Assembly: GCF_001194135.2 (NCBI RefSeq)
Contig: NC_068983.1
Span: 20,800,012-20,852,893, forward strand
Source of the DNA: Octopus bimaculoides
Lineage: Eukaryota
DNA: 52,882 nt
Reading direction: 5' to 3'
The translations under genes were made by a program, and so were the position numbers. A model generated the notes under the pieces. That model saw only the letters and a program-made list of their open reading frames with translations. It searched no databases and had not been told where the DNA came from. Below, in pieces: positions 1-12,930 of this stretch (positions within the stretch are counted from its first letter, which is position 1; every line of letters starts with the position of its first letter).

Positions 1-6
1 TATGTA

Positions 7-41
<35 letters not shown>

Positions 42-1771
42 CTGTTAGTGAATGTGTGTGTGCGAACATGGCATAATGGTGGGGGTTTATTATTCTTCTG
101 GCTGTCGAATTACTGTTTATTTTCAATACAACATTTTGAAATATTTCGAAATGCTGAGTCACATATAATTATAGAATGAATGATGATGAAGAAGGCATAG
201 TGAATGAATGAATGAATGAAACGAATGAATAACAATATAATAAGTTGGAATGCGGTTTAGTATCCATGATTGAAAGCATGCTATAACATAGTTGGATAAA
301 GAGCAATGCAAAGAAGTATTATAATCCAAAATGCAAAAGGTATTTTGTACAACGCTTCCATGTAATAAATAATACGTGAATAATATTCACGTATATTTCT
401 AATACACGTACATATAGACACACTCAAATACATCCACCCACACTCGTTAACCATGCATATGTACTGTGTGACATGTTCGTAAGCTCAACTACATTTGTAG
501 ATCGAGTGAGTATGTAATGGGATGATGTATGGTGTTATGTAAATATGTATGTCAATGTTATATGTACAGAATTTGTATAATTGCATACATTTTCTGTACA
601 ATACTGTAAAAAGTATAATAACGCCTTAGACTTTACTATATATAATTCTCCAAGACTTTTACAGCTTTTCCTCCCGATCAAAGGAAAATCTTAGAAATGT
701 TCTGAACATCTACTGAATTTTAGTTTCTCTATTGAAATTTTGTAGTAACTAAGGGATGCAAATCAGCTCTGTTCTATCGTGGCATTTTAATAGTCATGCT
801 CCTTGACGAATCTCTGTCATGAAACCTTTCGTACGTCTTGCAAATTCATTTCAGTTTTGTATCTTTTTTCCAACGCTCGCTGGTCTTTATGCCATCCAAT
901 GATTGACTGGACTTCTTTATTCTGTCAATCTATTTTTAATAACGTAATTTCATCTCCAGGTTATAACGCCAACCCCTTTGAACAACTATTACAACGTTAT
1001 TTAATAATCTACAGTTTAAGACTCTACAGCACAACGGAGCACTTTTCATTATTGGTAACTATGACACCAGCTATAAATCTATGCGTTGCAACATATTCAT
1101 CGAAGACCATTTCCATCCAACCAATTAGAGCTTACAACTGCATTACATCAACAAAGGCAAAATCACCAAGAATTAACTATTTTCAATATTTCTAATAAGA
1201 CATTTTTGACATAATATCATATTTCTTTAAGTTTCCATACCTATCCCTTTATATATAAATATATTTGTCAATGCAAAAAATCTCGAGCTTTGAGTCTCTC
1301 TTTAACTTCTTCCGATTATCGCTGAAAAACGTATATATACTCATGTTTTGATTTTTATTTTGCTGTTCGCGTTACCTAACATTTATAAAAATACAGATAG
1401 ACGTATATAGAGAGTAGGTCAATGCTTCCATCAGCATTGTTTAAACAAGGAGTTGGAATTTGTATTAAGTATTATACTTTCTCTTACTGCTAAGTTTAAG
1501 ATATAAATGAGTGAGAGAAATTGCTATGGCGCGCTGAGAGGAAAACGAAAGTTTAATTTTTCTTTCAAATCTGTACTTTCTTAGAATTTTTTCCCTACTT
1601 TTGTCATCTTCAATTTATCTATTTTATTTCGTTCAACACATCGTAACCAAGAGAGGTGCGTAAAATAACACATATATAACATAGGTAGTTATATAAATAA
1701 TACGTTAAAAGATATAAGTAAAGAATAACTAAAACTATTCATAATAATGTTTATTTTAAATTTACCAACAA

Positions 1772-1823
<52 letters not shown>

Positions 1824-2884
1824 GGCATCCACGAACGCACTTATGCACGCGCGCGCAAGTGATAATATTAAAGTTAGCTCTAATGTCATCGAGATTCTAA
1901 GATTTCAACGTTAAACGCTAATGCTTTCCAGAAGTAATATTTTCTCTTCAAAATCATAATTGACAGTCAGATTCCTAATACTCTTCTTTAAATTTTCCTT
2001 ACTTTCTTTAACAATATTTATCTCTAGCGGTGAATTCTTTTAACTTGACATTCATTTGGATGCGTTATAGTCAACACATTATCTGTAAGGGAATTAAACA
2101 AACTTTCAGCTTATTGAGTAATTATTATTTTTGTTATTTACACCCAATCCCCAGAACAGTCATCATTTATTTATGCTGCATAATGAACAGAACCAATTCA
2201 CACTTTTTCCTCATTCACTGACAGAAAATACATACGAAAATCAACGACAAAATTAATTTCGTAATACGGTATATCGCGTTCCGGGCATGAAACAAGGAGA
2301 GAACCGTTTGTGAGAGGTAAAAATTATTCTTACTGCTGTGGTTGTAGGAATGAAAGCGAGAGTATGAAATTATAGGAAGTACTGCATAATTAGAATTAGT
2401 TGAAGATTTACTACGTCTGTGAGCACTCTAATCTTTGTACCTCTGACTAGAGCCACAAAACTGCACACACTCCCTATCCTACTCTACAGTGTTGACATAT
2501 AACATATGTAGATACAGACGTTGCTATCATACTGATACCATTATTGTTTTTGTCAGTCGGTGGTTTATTAGTAGTGGCTGTATTGGTTTTCGTGCTAGTA
2601 ATAATGATGAAGGTGATAGTGGTAATATTGCTCTTGTGTGTTATTGCTGCTGTTAGTCTCAAGTCAATCCTCATTGGTCTAAGAAAAGATATATCATTAA
2701 ACATTTAAGACATGGAGAACATCACGTTTTCTCGTGTGATTGTTTGATCATTTGCGTTATAGCTATTTATCCTGTTCATATTATTGTTGCTGATATTTTT
2801 TATTCATTAAGAACTACAAGCTTGATAATGGCGGAGGTGTATTAGTCTTACTGTTTATGATTGTGTTTGTGTTCATAGACAGTA

Positions 2885-2930
<46 letters not shown>

Positions 2931-3044
2931 NNNNNNNNNNNNNNNNNNNNNNNNNNNNNNNNNNNNNNNNNNNNNNNNNNNNNNNNNNNNNNNNNNNNNN
3001 NNNNNNNNNNNNNNNNNNNNNNNNNNNNNNNNNNNNNNNNNNNN

Positions 3045-3090
<46 letters not shown>

Positions 3091-3837
3091 ACGGACAAAC
3101 AGATAGATAGATAAGTAGATAAATTAAAAGATACTGATTATAGCCCATGACAATATATGGAGGTTTTGGCAGTGAAACATTCTTCCATACACCCCGTAAG
3201 TGTTTCTAGTTAGACATACAGACGATTGCATATGCACTCTCACACACATATCTGTATGTATATATATATCGTGATTATAGCTTCCCTAACCGTTAACTAC
3301 TACGATTTTAGCCAGAGTGCCGAGTAGCTGTCTTCTGTCGTCGAAGAAAGTGTTGTTTTTAATTCTCAAACTTTATCCGAATTTTATGTAGAAATGAAAT
3401 TATAGACCGTATCTCGAAAATAGTGGTCATACTTTACAATTCCCATAAGAGCGAAATCACGTCACCTGAAGTTGTTAAGTAATCGTAATGATGAAAAGAA
3501 AATTAAAATTGCTATGAATGTTTTCTTATAATACTTTAAAGTAATTCGCCTTGAATCTATGATTATACAATTACAGTATTGTGATTTAATTACAAGCATA
3601 TCGAAATATTACTCATGCTGTCCTCCAACCATCTTATTCTATAAACATATTGATCATTATTCGTCTGGTAATGTATTATCTGCTAGATAATGGCATATAG
3701 AACTACAATAATATGAATCATTGATTAAAATCGAATTACTTGTAAATTATGATAGATACTTCTAAGCAAACATATATTGAACTCCACGAATTTTTAACAT
3801 AACCCTACCGCAGGCCCCGCAGGCGATAGCTTAGACT

Positions 3838-3992
3838 CAGGCGTGACTGTGTAGTAAGAAGCTTACTTCCTACCAAATTGTTCCGGATTCAGTCCCACTG
3901 TTGACAGCTTGAGCAAGTATCTTCTATGATCGCCCGAGCCGACCAATCCTTTGTAAGTAGATTTGATCGACGGAAACTGAAATAAGTCCGTC

Positions 3993-4025
<33 letters not shown>

Positions 4026-4290
4026 GGTGTGTGTATGTGTGTGTTTGTGTGTGTGTGTGTGTGTATGTGTGTGTGTTTGTGTCTGTATTTGTCCTCCCAT
4101 CACTGCTTGACAACCGATGTTGGTGTTTTTTACGTCCCTGTAACTTAATGGTTCGGGAAAAGAGACAGATAGAATAAGCACTAGACTGTAAAAAATGTCC
4201 TGGGTCGATTTGTTTGACTAAAAGAAGAAACTTCCAGTCAGTGCTCCAACGTGGCCGCATTCAAATGACTGAAACAAGTAAAAGAATTAA
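3838..4290 (+). mobile_element. SINE family A (tRNA-like head, central TG/TA microsatellite), near full length
   Basis: A-box-like GTGACTGTGTAGTAAGAAGC, B-box-like GGATTCAGTCCC, CORE-like CTTGAGCAAGTATCTT and tail GACTGAAACAAGTAAAAGA. At least 4 other copies occur in the window. Confidence 0.85.
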
Positions 4291-4509
4291 AAAAATACCA
4301 ATTAATACCATACCCAAAATATCTGTCAAAACTTTCATTAACACAGCGTCATCAATAAAAATGGCGATAACACTGGACATGTGCAGGTCTTTTGCCACAG
4401 AGTGTAGCAAGCGTTGCATATGTGCCCGTGCGTATTTAGGCGTTTGTGTTCTAGTTTGATTTTCTGTAACAACACTCAATATATGCGCACAAATATCCGT
4501 GCTTGTGTA

Positions 4510-5919
4510 CGTGGGAGTTATTGCTTTACCTGCAATTTAATCGGTCTTGTATCCTTCGAAATAGCTCTTTCACTGTTGTCATTGTTCTTTCTTTCTGTGA
4601 TTTTTATTTTTCGTTTCAATGTTATCGATCATTTGAAATCGGTAAACTTTTGTGGTTGATTTCAGCTTTGTGCATAAGGACAAGCGTTGACGCGTTAAAT
4701 ATGGAGTGTACGAAACTTGATACATAAATGCTGTCTTATGCTCTCTCAAAAAGTTTCGTATAGCGTGGTCCGAACGTCTTGTCACCCCCTGCCAAAAAGT
4801 AATGAGAACAATACTACTGGTTTAAGTATATTCACTCTTATTGATACTGACATTATCACACACCGAGAAGGTTTGTACGAACCCCATCTTTTTCTTGGCA
4901 CAAAATGATGTGGTGCCATATACCGTGTGATATTTTACGAAGCTGTGCTTCGGTGATTGATGCAGTGGCTGCCGAAACAGCGTCCTTCAACTGCTGGGTA
5001 TTCTGGTATCGCTCTTGTGAAATCCTCTCCTTGATAATAGAAAATTACAACAATATTTACAGATGGTGAGAAGACTTTCGGACCGCCCTGTACAATGAGT
5101 GACGCAGACGCATAACCATGTGCACTGTTGTGTTGTACTCTTCAGATTTTGATTGTTTTCATCTCCTGCTGCGCCTTTCCACGGCCTCTTTAAATCGCCT
5201 CTAACCTCAAAAGTAAATCTCTTTACTGAAGGTTTCCGCTCATGGAAGAAACTTATCAGGAATGACGCCCTTTAATTGAAAACTAACGACTAGTATCATT
5301 TCCATATTCTTGCAAATCATTGCAGCAACTGCTTTATTCATTTTAATTTCGTAGTCATGCAACCACGCTGTGTCACAATTCAAAACACTATTCTGAACGT
5401 TTTCATCTGCATTTAAACAATCAAACTTCTCACGCGATTCGAACTCTTTACAGACAACTAAACCGTCGAAAGCTTTATGGTGAGTTTGACGACGAATTTC
5501 GCGCATTATGTGTACGCAGTTTTGCAATGTTCTTTTTCTTTTTTCGTTATTTACCACGAAAAGCTTCAGATGGGAGTGTGTCTTCAGTTAGTATGTTTTT
5601 TTTAAAACCGTGGCTTTCATGATTGTTCAAAGGAATCAAATACTCAACCTTGCATGTTCCTGATAACTTTATAAAAATTTTCGTAAGACTTTTATCAAAT
5701 TTTCAGATAGAATATCTCTCGAATTCATTAATCTTCTGAATTTATCATTTTTATTAAGGCGGAAAAATTGCATTTGCAGATCGATGACTAAAGGGAATGT
5801 TACATAGTAACTATTATTAGACGGAAGGGTAAAAGTTTGCTATATTTATGATTACAGTTTGGAGTACGCAGCATCCTATAGGCTATCTGAATTTAAAGTT
5901 GTTTGGGAGCATAACCTCG
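4510..5919 (-). mobile_element. Decayed mariner (Tc1/mariner) transposon, transposase pseudogene, interrupted by a nested element
   Basis: Minus-strand translation gives CLNADENVQNSVLNCDTAWLHDYE (cf. mariner ..ITGDETW..Y), MILVVSFQLKGVIPDKFLP, RRFKEAVERR and VQHNSAHGYASASLIV. After the insert it continues RNFLREHKTAFMYQVSYTPYL..LCTKLKSTTKVYRF (cf. PYSPDL..LFPKLK..RF) and SYFEGYKTD*. There are many stops and frameshifts. The outer ends (TA-CGTGGG at 4508, CCTCG-TA at 5915-5921) are tentative. Confidence 0.85.
4761..5090 (-). mobile_element. 330-bp internally deleted Tc1/mariner-superfamily element (MITE-like) with 26-bp TIRs and TA TSD
   Basis: Left TIR TAGCGTGGTCCGAACGTCTTGTCACC versus reverse complement of right TIR CAGGGCGGTCCGAAAGTCTTCTCACC (21/26). 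TA at 4759-4760 and 5091-5092. It carries a transposase C-terminus IKERISQERYQNTQQLKDAVSAATASITEAQLRKISHGIWHHIILCQEKDGVRTNLLGV*. Confidence 0.85.
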
Positions 5920-7711
5920 TATACACACACACACACACACTCGCATATATATATATATTTCAAATAGTGTAATTCACTCAGCATTAGTTATGTTATTAGT
6001 TAAGTTCAATTGAGTTTGTTTTTTGTTTTAGAAAGAATAGAATATAAAAGCTTTCACTTTTATATTAATAATTATGTAAGACTGGTGGGAATATTATCTG
6101 CATGGACTTCAAGGACTGGGTTGCTATTTAGTTAGATAATTCAGGAGTTAGTTATAGGTTTACTCACTGAATTTATTTACCGATACTGTTGTTGTACATA
6201 GGGTAAATGTGTTTCTTTGTTGTAGTTTAATTAATAACGTTAGTGTTTAATCCTTCGTAGAATCAAGATTGAATGAATGTGGTAATATTTGAGGTATGTT
6301 TGTTCCCAAACAACACTTATTTTAGTGCTGTTGACACCGCCGGATTGAATGGTAATACCCAGGTGTCGAAACCATAGTGATATCCATGGGGCAGCTGATG
6401 AAGGAGGTATGTTGGATTGTTGGTATGGCTGTTATTGCATGCGTGGAATAATTTTATAAGACATCCGTTTCATATATATATATGTGGTCCGAGGGAAGAG
6501 CCATTCTAACAATGCGTCCTGCCCTAACTCTTCGAAACACTTAGTTTTAGAATGGTGGCAGCTAATGAAGGAAATGTGGCATGTGTGTTTTTGTACTCCG
6601 TTTATCGTTTTGTCATCGTTTTTTTTTGCAACGTCTTGTACCCAGATATGCATCTATATATACATGTAGATGTAGGTATGTACATACATGTAGTATATAC
6701 GCATATACTCATATATATTATGTGTATTATATATATATATATATATATATATAATACTCATATATATTATGTGTATTATATATATATATATATATATATA
6801 TACGTAGTCATTTACACATATTCGTGTATCTATACAATAATACCCGTGTTCGTACTTACTTAGATATAAGTGTAAAGCAAAGGGATGTAACTCACATAGT
6901 AAGAGAGAAACTGGATTATTATCATAGTGGTAGCAGGGGAGGCGGCCGCGCTGACGTTTGCTTTGAATGGAGAAAGAGTAAGAGAAAGCAAATTCAAAAG
7001 AATTTTAAGATGCGTGGTTGTATTGGTTCACTGCGACTTGTTTCATCTACTTCTCTATGTCTCTATCTCTTCCTCTCTCTTTCCATCTCTCTTTTACCAT
7101 CTCTCTCTCCCTCTCTCTCTCTCTCTCGTTCACCGTCTCTCTTTTATCATCTCTCTCTCTCGCTTTCTCTGTTGTCTCCATTGACAGTATCAACGTCATC
7201 AGAGCCATCTCGGGCAACGTCACCATAACGACCAACGCCTTTCTCTCCACCATCAACACCATGATATTGGCCAACAGTATTCTGTGTTCGGATATATATA
7301 CTCTTACGTCTGTAGTTGTGATCGGTGCGGTAAGCGTTCAGCTACGTCTGTGAGTCTGTCTCTCAATCCTCACAACTTTTTTTTATGGGCCAACATTGAA
7401 GACAAAGTAAATGTAGAGACACCCACAGATATACTTACAGACATGCTTTGTCTGTCTGTCTGTCTCTCTCTCTCTCTTTCTCTCTCTCCCCCTCTCTCTC
7501 TCTCTCTCTCTCTCTGTCACACACAAACACGCTCACATGCACATACATATAAACATAAATGCTCACCGCAGCAAACACCCAAATAAACGCACACGGAAAT
7601 ATATTCACATACATTTAAGTATCTGGCAATACTCAGTAATATACAAAAGAGGACTAACTCTTGCAGAAGACACTTGTATATAAAGTCCTATATCACTAGT
7701 TTGCTGAATTT

Positions 7712-7927
7712 TGAAGGGTGCTGAAAATTTCCTGACGTTAAGAGGATCGCGAAAGGCCAGGCTGGAGGTCTAGCCATCCGAGGTCTTTTACAGAGCTTAG
7801 AAAAACCGAAGGACCACTGCAATAAATGTGTGAATCGTAGAGGGGAATTTGTTGAATAAAATCATAATTAACTGATCCTTCTGTATTTTCTTTTACGCAT
7901 AGCGAGAAACTTTTCTCTGGCCACTCG
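7712..7927 (+). mobile_element. Mariner-derived MITE (~215 bp), copy 1
   Basis: Ends resemble GAGGGGTGCTGAAAAG...CACTCG-TA. It retains a mariner C-terminus EKPKDHCNKCVNRRGEFVE* and aligns by eye with 8010-8223 and 17708-17925. Confidence 0.75.
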
Positions 7928-7947
7928 TATGCGTGTATATATATATA

Positions 7948-7991
<44 letters not shown>

Positions 7992-8009
7992 TAATTATGT
8001 ATGTATGTG

Positions 8010-8223
8010 CGAGAGGGTGCTGAAAAGTACCGGGCTTTAAGGGTATCACGGAAAGCCTGGTTGGAGGTTCAGCCTTCCGAGTTCTTTTATAGGACTTAGA
8101 AAAACCGAAGGACCACTATCATAACTGTATGAACTTGAGAGGGGAATATCTTGAATGAAATCATAATTAATTGATCTTGTATTTTCTTTTACCCAAAGCC
8201 TGGAACATTTTAGCATCCCCTCG
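8010..8223 (+). mobile_element. Mariner-derived MITE, copy 2
   Basis: Imperfect ~29-bp TIRs: CGAGAGGGTGCTGAAAAGTACCGGGCTTT and AAAGCCTGGAACATTTTAGCATCCCCTCG. Same interior as copy 1. Confidence 0.8.
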
Positions 8224-8537
8224 TGTGTCGAAAATATTCTGAGATAATGTAAAATAAATTTGATTAAATAATCGAAAAATATTAAGAAATAGAACATATT
8301 TTAGATATTAGGAGGAAGCGTGGGGTATCCGAAAATTTAACTAATTATCAAATTCAAGACACGAGTCGCAACCACATGTCATATGAAATGAGGATATATC
8401 TAGCAACGCGAAACAAGAGAAAGAAACACTGGCCATGAAGTAAAGTCTTCAACCGAGCAGAACTTGGAAGCCATTCATATTTTCAGTCACAGTATTCATG
8501 TGTTGCTATCGATTGCATGTTACGTGCTATGTAATTG

Positions 8538-8876
8538 ATAAAGACCCCCTTCGGTCGTGACTGACCATGGGATTGCACCTATAATGTTCCCCTCCAAGAT
8601 ACAAGTCCAGGCAAGGTTGTTTATGGAAGACCAGCACTCGTCCATGCATACAAGCCACCCCTCTCCATGCCACCGATGTTATCCAAAGGAAAGGCAAAGG
8701 CCAATACAGCTTGGCACTAGTGACATCGCAACTCATTTCTACAGCTGAGTGAACTGGAGCAACGTGAAATAAAGCCTCTTGCTCAAAAACACAACACACA
8801 ATCCGGTCTAGGATTGGAACTCGCTAGCGCATGATTGTGAGACCGACGCTCTAGCCAGTGAGCCATACGCCTTCAC
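8538..8876 (-). mobile_element. SINE family C, tail type 1
   Basis: Minus-strand head GTGAAGGCGTATGGCTCACTGGCTAGAGCG..GTTCCAATCC (A/B boxes), CORE-like TTGAGCAAGAGGCTTTATTTCACGTTGCTCCAGTTCACTCAGCTG, and an ~190-nt tail. Confidence 0.8.
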
Positions 8877-8973
8877 ATATGTAATTTAAGTTCCAGTATT
8901 TCGTCAAATATGGTGATAAAAGTACTCTATTAAGTACATCTCTCATCCTAGTCAACGTAACATAACGTAAATG

Positions 8974-9167
8974 AAGGCAGCAAGCAAGCAGAATCATTAC
9001 TGCGCCGAGCAAGATGCCCAGCGGCATTTCGCCCTGCTTTACGTTCTGAGTTCAAATTACGCTGAGGTCAACTTTGACTTTAACTCTTTTGGGGGTCGAT
9101 AAAATAAGTACCGGTTACACACTGAGGTCGATGTAATCGACTTATCTCCTCGCCGGAAATTGCTGCT
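8974..9167 (+). mobile_element. SINE family B (tRNA-like head)
   Basis: AAGGCAGCAAGCAAGCAGAATC...GAGTTCAAATTAC (B-box-like)...GGGGTCGATAAAATAAGTACC...GGTCGATGTAATCGAC. More than 10 related copies occur in the window. Confidence 0.85.
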
Positions 9168-9484
9168 GTTTCGAAACGGCAATGCTACGGCCCAAATTCT
9201 ACTTCTATTCTTATGAAACTATAGTATACTCATTTACTAAATCAATGTAGTAGTTTTAAGTAAGCAGCAACTGATTCTCTGAACACTTAAGAAGGAAGTG
9301 AAAGGCTATTATTGCCCAAGGAAGAGTTGTTTATATCGAATTCTGGACCCCAACATAGGCTGTAAAATTTTGGAAATTCTATATGTGATTCGTACATATA
9401 CATACATACATACATACATACATACGTCATGCATATGTACATACACACGGGCATATACACGCACACATGTATTAATATATATTC

Positions 9485-9881
9485 TTTTATTCATTTACCT
9501 GTTTCAATTAGATGACTCAGTTGACTGAGGCCATGCTGGGTGACACCGCCTTGAAGGGTTTTTGCTGAACAAATCGACCTCAGGATGACTTATTTTTTAA
9601 AGCCTGGTACTTACACTATCTGTGTCATTTGCCAAACCCCTAAGTTACGAGGACATAAACACGCCAACCCAGGTTATCAAGCCGTGCTGGGGAGACAAGC
9701 ACAGACACAAATACACATATACACGATGGGATTCTTTTCAGTTTCCGGCTACCAAATCCACTTACTAAGCTTTGGTGAGCTTGAGGCTATAATGGAAGTC
9801 TCATACTCAAGGTGGCATGCAGTGGGATCGAGAACAAAACATGTAGTTGAGAAGCAAACGTCTTACCATACTGCTACGCTT
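9485..9881 (-). mobile_element. SINE family A copy
   Basis: Reverse-complement match to 3838-4290 and 11255-11602. Confidence 0.85.
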
Positions 9882-10639
9882 GAGTTATGCTTATATACCA
9901 GTTTCACCGCCACTGCTATTTCTTACCAGAACCAGCACAATCAGTATCAAACATTAAAAACAATGAAAATATTGCTATTACCAACACAGCAACACCTCAA
10001 TGACCATCTACAATAGTAACAATGCTTTTAAGAAGATAATGAACATCATAAATAAAGAAAAACGATCGCAAGCGTGCTCTTGTGTATTTAAAATTTTGAA
10101 TGTCATGTTTGGATTTTAGGTCAATGGCAATTGATTTAAAACTAAACAGCAACTACAATACAATGAACCAGAGCAATATAATCCCCAGCACCAAGAACAG
10201 TATTACCACCATCCCTGTCACCAGCATTACTAACATAAAAACCAATGCGACCAGCAACAGTAACTCACCAACTTTTGAGTAATAGTATTTATAAAAGAAT
10301 CCGCTACTTGTGTTTCAAGTCAACACAAGGGGGAAAGTGGAAGAGATTGCGAAAGCTTTAGAGCTCTCATCTGAGATGCAAAGTTTAAGGGCTTATCAAG
10401 TGGGTAAGCGTTCAACAAGCTGTACTTATACAGTACTTCCTCCCACCTCTATCAGTCACCTGATCATTTTTTCCTTTCAATTCTTACACCAATATTAATA
10501 AAACAACGATATTCTCACAAACCAGTTCTTTATTTATGTTATTACTTTTACTAAATATTTTTTTTCGGATAATTGTTCATAACCAGCGCTGCTATTAGAC
10601 TTAATTACAATTCAAGGTGTCTGGAAGAAGCTCTTATGT

Positions 10640-11010
10640 GGAACTGAAGGTAGTAGTTCGAAAAGAAAACGTAAGCAGATCAGAATGGATATTAATCTTG
10701 ATGTCTTAAATTGGTGTGATGCAAGAGAGAAATTCAGCCACACTGTGAAAATATTAAAGCAAAGCATACAATGTCTACAATATTAACTATACATGACAAT
10801 AGAGAGAAAATTAAACCAAGTGATCAAGAAGATACTCCGTCAACTGGAACATTACTTTTTGATCGATTTGACATGATTCTTACAATGACGCTGGTGTTGG
10901 AGCATGAATCGGAAAGTTGTACGACCAGACTCTATCTGCGACTGTACAAATGTTTCACCAGTACAAATCGTATATGTGATTCTGAATGTTATTGTGATAT
11001 TTGCAAATGA
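10640..11010 (+). pseudogene. Decayed Tigger/pogo-like transposase N-terminus (CENP-B-type HTH region)
   Basis: GSSSKRKRKQIRMDINLDVLNWCDAREK, then a frameshift to STILTIHDNREKIK. This resembles the Tigger start KR.RK.IT...KL.....GE...STISTILKNKEKI. No DDE domain is visible. Confidence 0.55.
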
Positions 11011-11254
11011 CGTGGACCTTTCAAAAGTTCTAGAAAATACTGTTAAAATAACCTGAGAATCTAGAGGCAAACGCGGCGAGTCTGACATGTAAATTGACTG
11101 CGAAGAATATTGTTAAAGGATTGGCACTTATAGAGAAAGGCTTACAACATTTTATTCTTATCAAACCAAAACATGAGCGTACGATATAAATTCTTAAAGG
11201 AGTTTACACTAGATTAAGTTTCTACTCTGGACACTAGTACAAACAATTTTGGAA

Positions 11255-11602
11255 AAGGTTCAGTCCTACTGCGTGGCACCTTGGGCAAGTGTCTTCTACT
11301 ATAGCCTCAAGCCGACCAAAGCCTTGTGAGTGAATTTGGTAGTCGGAAAATGAAAGAAGCCCGTCGTATATATATGTATATATATGTATGTGTGTTCGTG
11401 TGTCTGTGTTTGTCCCCCCCGCCATCGCTTGAAAACCGATGCTGGTGTGTTTACGTCTCCGTAACTTAGCAGTTCGGCAAAAAGAGACCGATAGAATAAG
11501 TACTAGGCTTACAAAGAATAAGTCATGGGGTCGATTTTCTCGACTAAAGGTGGTGCTCCAGCATGGCCGCAGTGAAATGACTGAAACAAGTAAAAAAAAG
11601 AG
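11255..11602 (+). mobile_element. SINE family A copy (head truncated)
   Basis: GGTTCAGTCCTACTGCGTGGCACCTTGGGCAAGTGTCTTC...GCATGGCCGCAGTGAAATGACTGAAACAAGTAAA. Confidence 0.9.
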
Positions 11603-11675
11603 TTCAATCAGATGTTGTTTGATGAAGATAGTGATCCTTATCCTAGCATCACTACTCTTTAGAGACAACTCAATT

Positions 11676-11838
11676 TCTTTTGTGTTGAATACGTACACTG
11701 CTATAATATTACGATTCTTGTTTACNNNNNNNNNNTCTTTTGTGTTGAATACGTACACTGCTATAATATTACGATTCTTGTTTACTGCTATAATATTACG
11801 ATTCTTGTTTACTGCTATAATATTACGATTCTTGTTTA
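11676..11838 (+). repeat. 27-bp minisatellite (TGCTATAATATTACGATTCTTGTTTAC) x4 spanning a 10-N gap
   Basis: Read directly. The 50 bp on each side of the gap are identical, so part of the array may be an assembly artefact. Confidence 0.85.
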
Positions 11839-12652
11839 TGCCCTTACATCACGCACTTACATCACGCACTTCAAATGTTTTTATAAATACATATACTATG
11901 TATATTTAGAAATGTCATGGGCATGTTGCTTTTTATTCACTTATATTTCAAGAATTTTGTTCGTTGGTCTTTTGTGGTCTCTTGTGCAATTACTTTCATG
12001 GTCTTTGCACAACCTGGTTTACTGGCGCTATTGTTGACGTTATTGAAATCGCTGGTCACCATTGTTTTATGATTGCGTTCTCAACAGTGGCATACTACGC
12101 TTAGAGAACATTTTATTCCCTCCCTGTTCTGCAGAACAACACACTACAAAAATACGATATCAATTTTTTTCTTCAATATCTATAAGCAAATAAACCCTTG
12201 CACAAACTGTGGCGTGGAAGACAGAAAATTAACAGTATTAGTATTTTCCCAGTTATCTCTGTTTAGAAGTGACGGAAAACACTGATAGCGGCCTCCTCTT
12301 CCTTATTACTAAGAAGTTTGACCTTAGATGAAAGAGTTAAAAACCTCGTTAGGTGACTGATATCAACCATATCAAAATAACTACTTGAGATTGAAGATAT
12401 ATAAGTTCATCACACTAAACTCAACGAGTGTGTCCAAACATTTTGTTTACACCTTTTCGAAATGTACATATATAATAAATGTATTTACGCACTTCTGTGC
12501 ATGTTCTTTCTGCATGAGGTGTGGATATTTTAATTAAACATTCGTAATATTCAATTTCTTACCAACGTAGTAGTTCATTCATCAACTCAATTTCTGTGTA
12601 ACATGAAATCTGTTTTTATTCTTTTCTCTTTTTCATCTTGTCTATTTTCCAG

Positions 12653-12746
12653 ATTCTTCTGTAAGAAGAAGTCTTCAGGGAGTCCAAGTCATTTAACTGC
12701 CCTGAAACCTGCTGCAAACACCTTTTATTCAGGAAGACAATTTCAG
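12653..12746 (+). other. Candidate 94-nt spliced exon
   Basis: Long polypyrimidine tract plus TTCCAG acceptor, and CAG|GTAAAG donor. One frame is open (FFCKKKSSGSPSHLTALKPAANTFYSGRQFQ). Confidence 0.3.
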
Positions 12747-12841
12747 GTAAAGAAAGTAATCGTTATTGCATACGTTCGCACACATAGCTACACAAATACA
12801 TACACACAGAAACCGCACTCCCATACACGCACACATATTTT

Positions 12842-12845
<4 letters not shown>

Positions 12846-12930
<85 letters not shown>

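Noticed and set aside
372-394. 11-bp-arm palindrome ATACGTGAATA-A-TATTCACGTAT
   Set aside because: It is short, AT-rich and isolated, so chance is plausible.
780-1200. 130-aa ORF and a possible minus-strand CR1-like relic (LILGDF)
   Set aside because: The ORF uses a TTG start and resembles nothing I recognise. The LINE similarity rests on one short motif.
3838-3900. tRNA-like A/B boxes here and in other SINE heads
   Set aside because: They are SINE heads with no full cloverleaf, so they are not called as tRNA genes.
6360-6410. GAAAC...CTGATGA hammerhead-like motif pair
   Set aside because: There is no U16.1 to close stem III and no stem I hairpin.
10310-10420. ORF ending near a GTAAGC donor-like site
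   Set aside because: There is no convincing acceptor or recognisable peptide.
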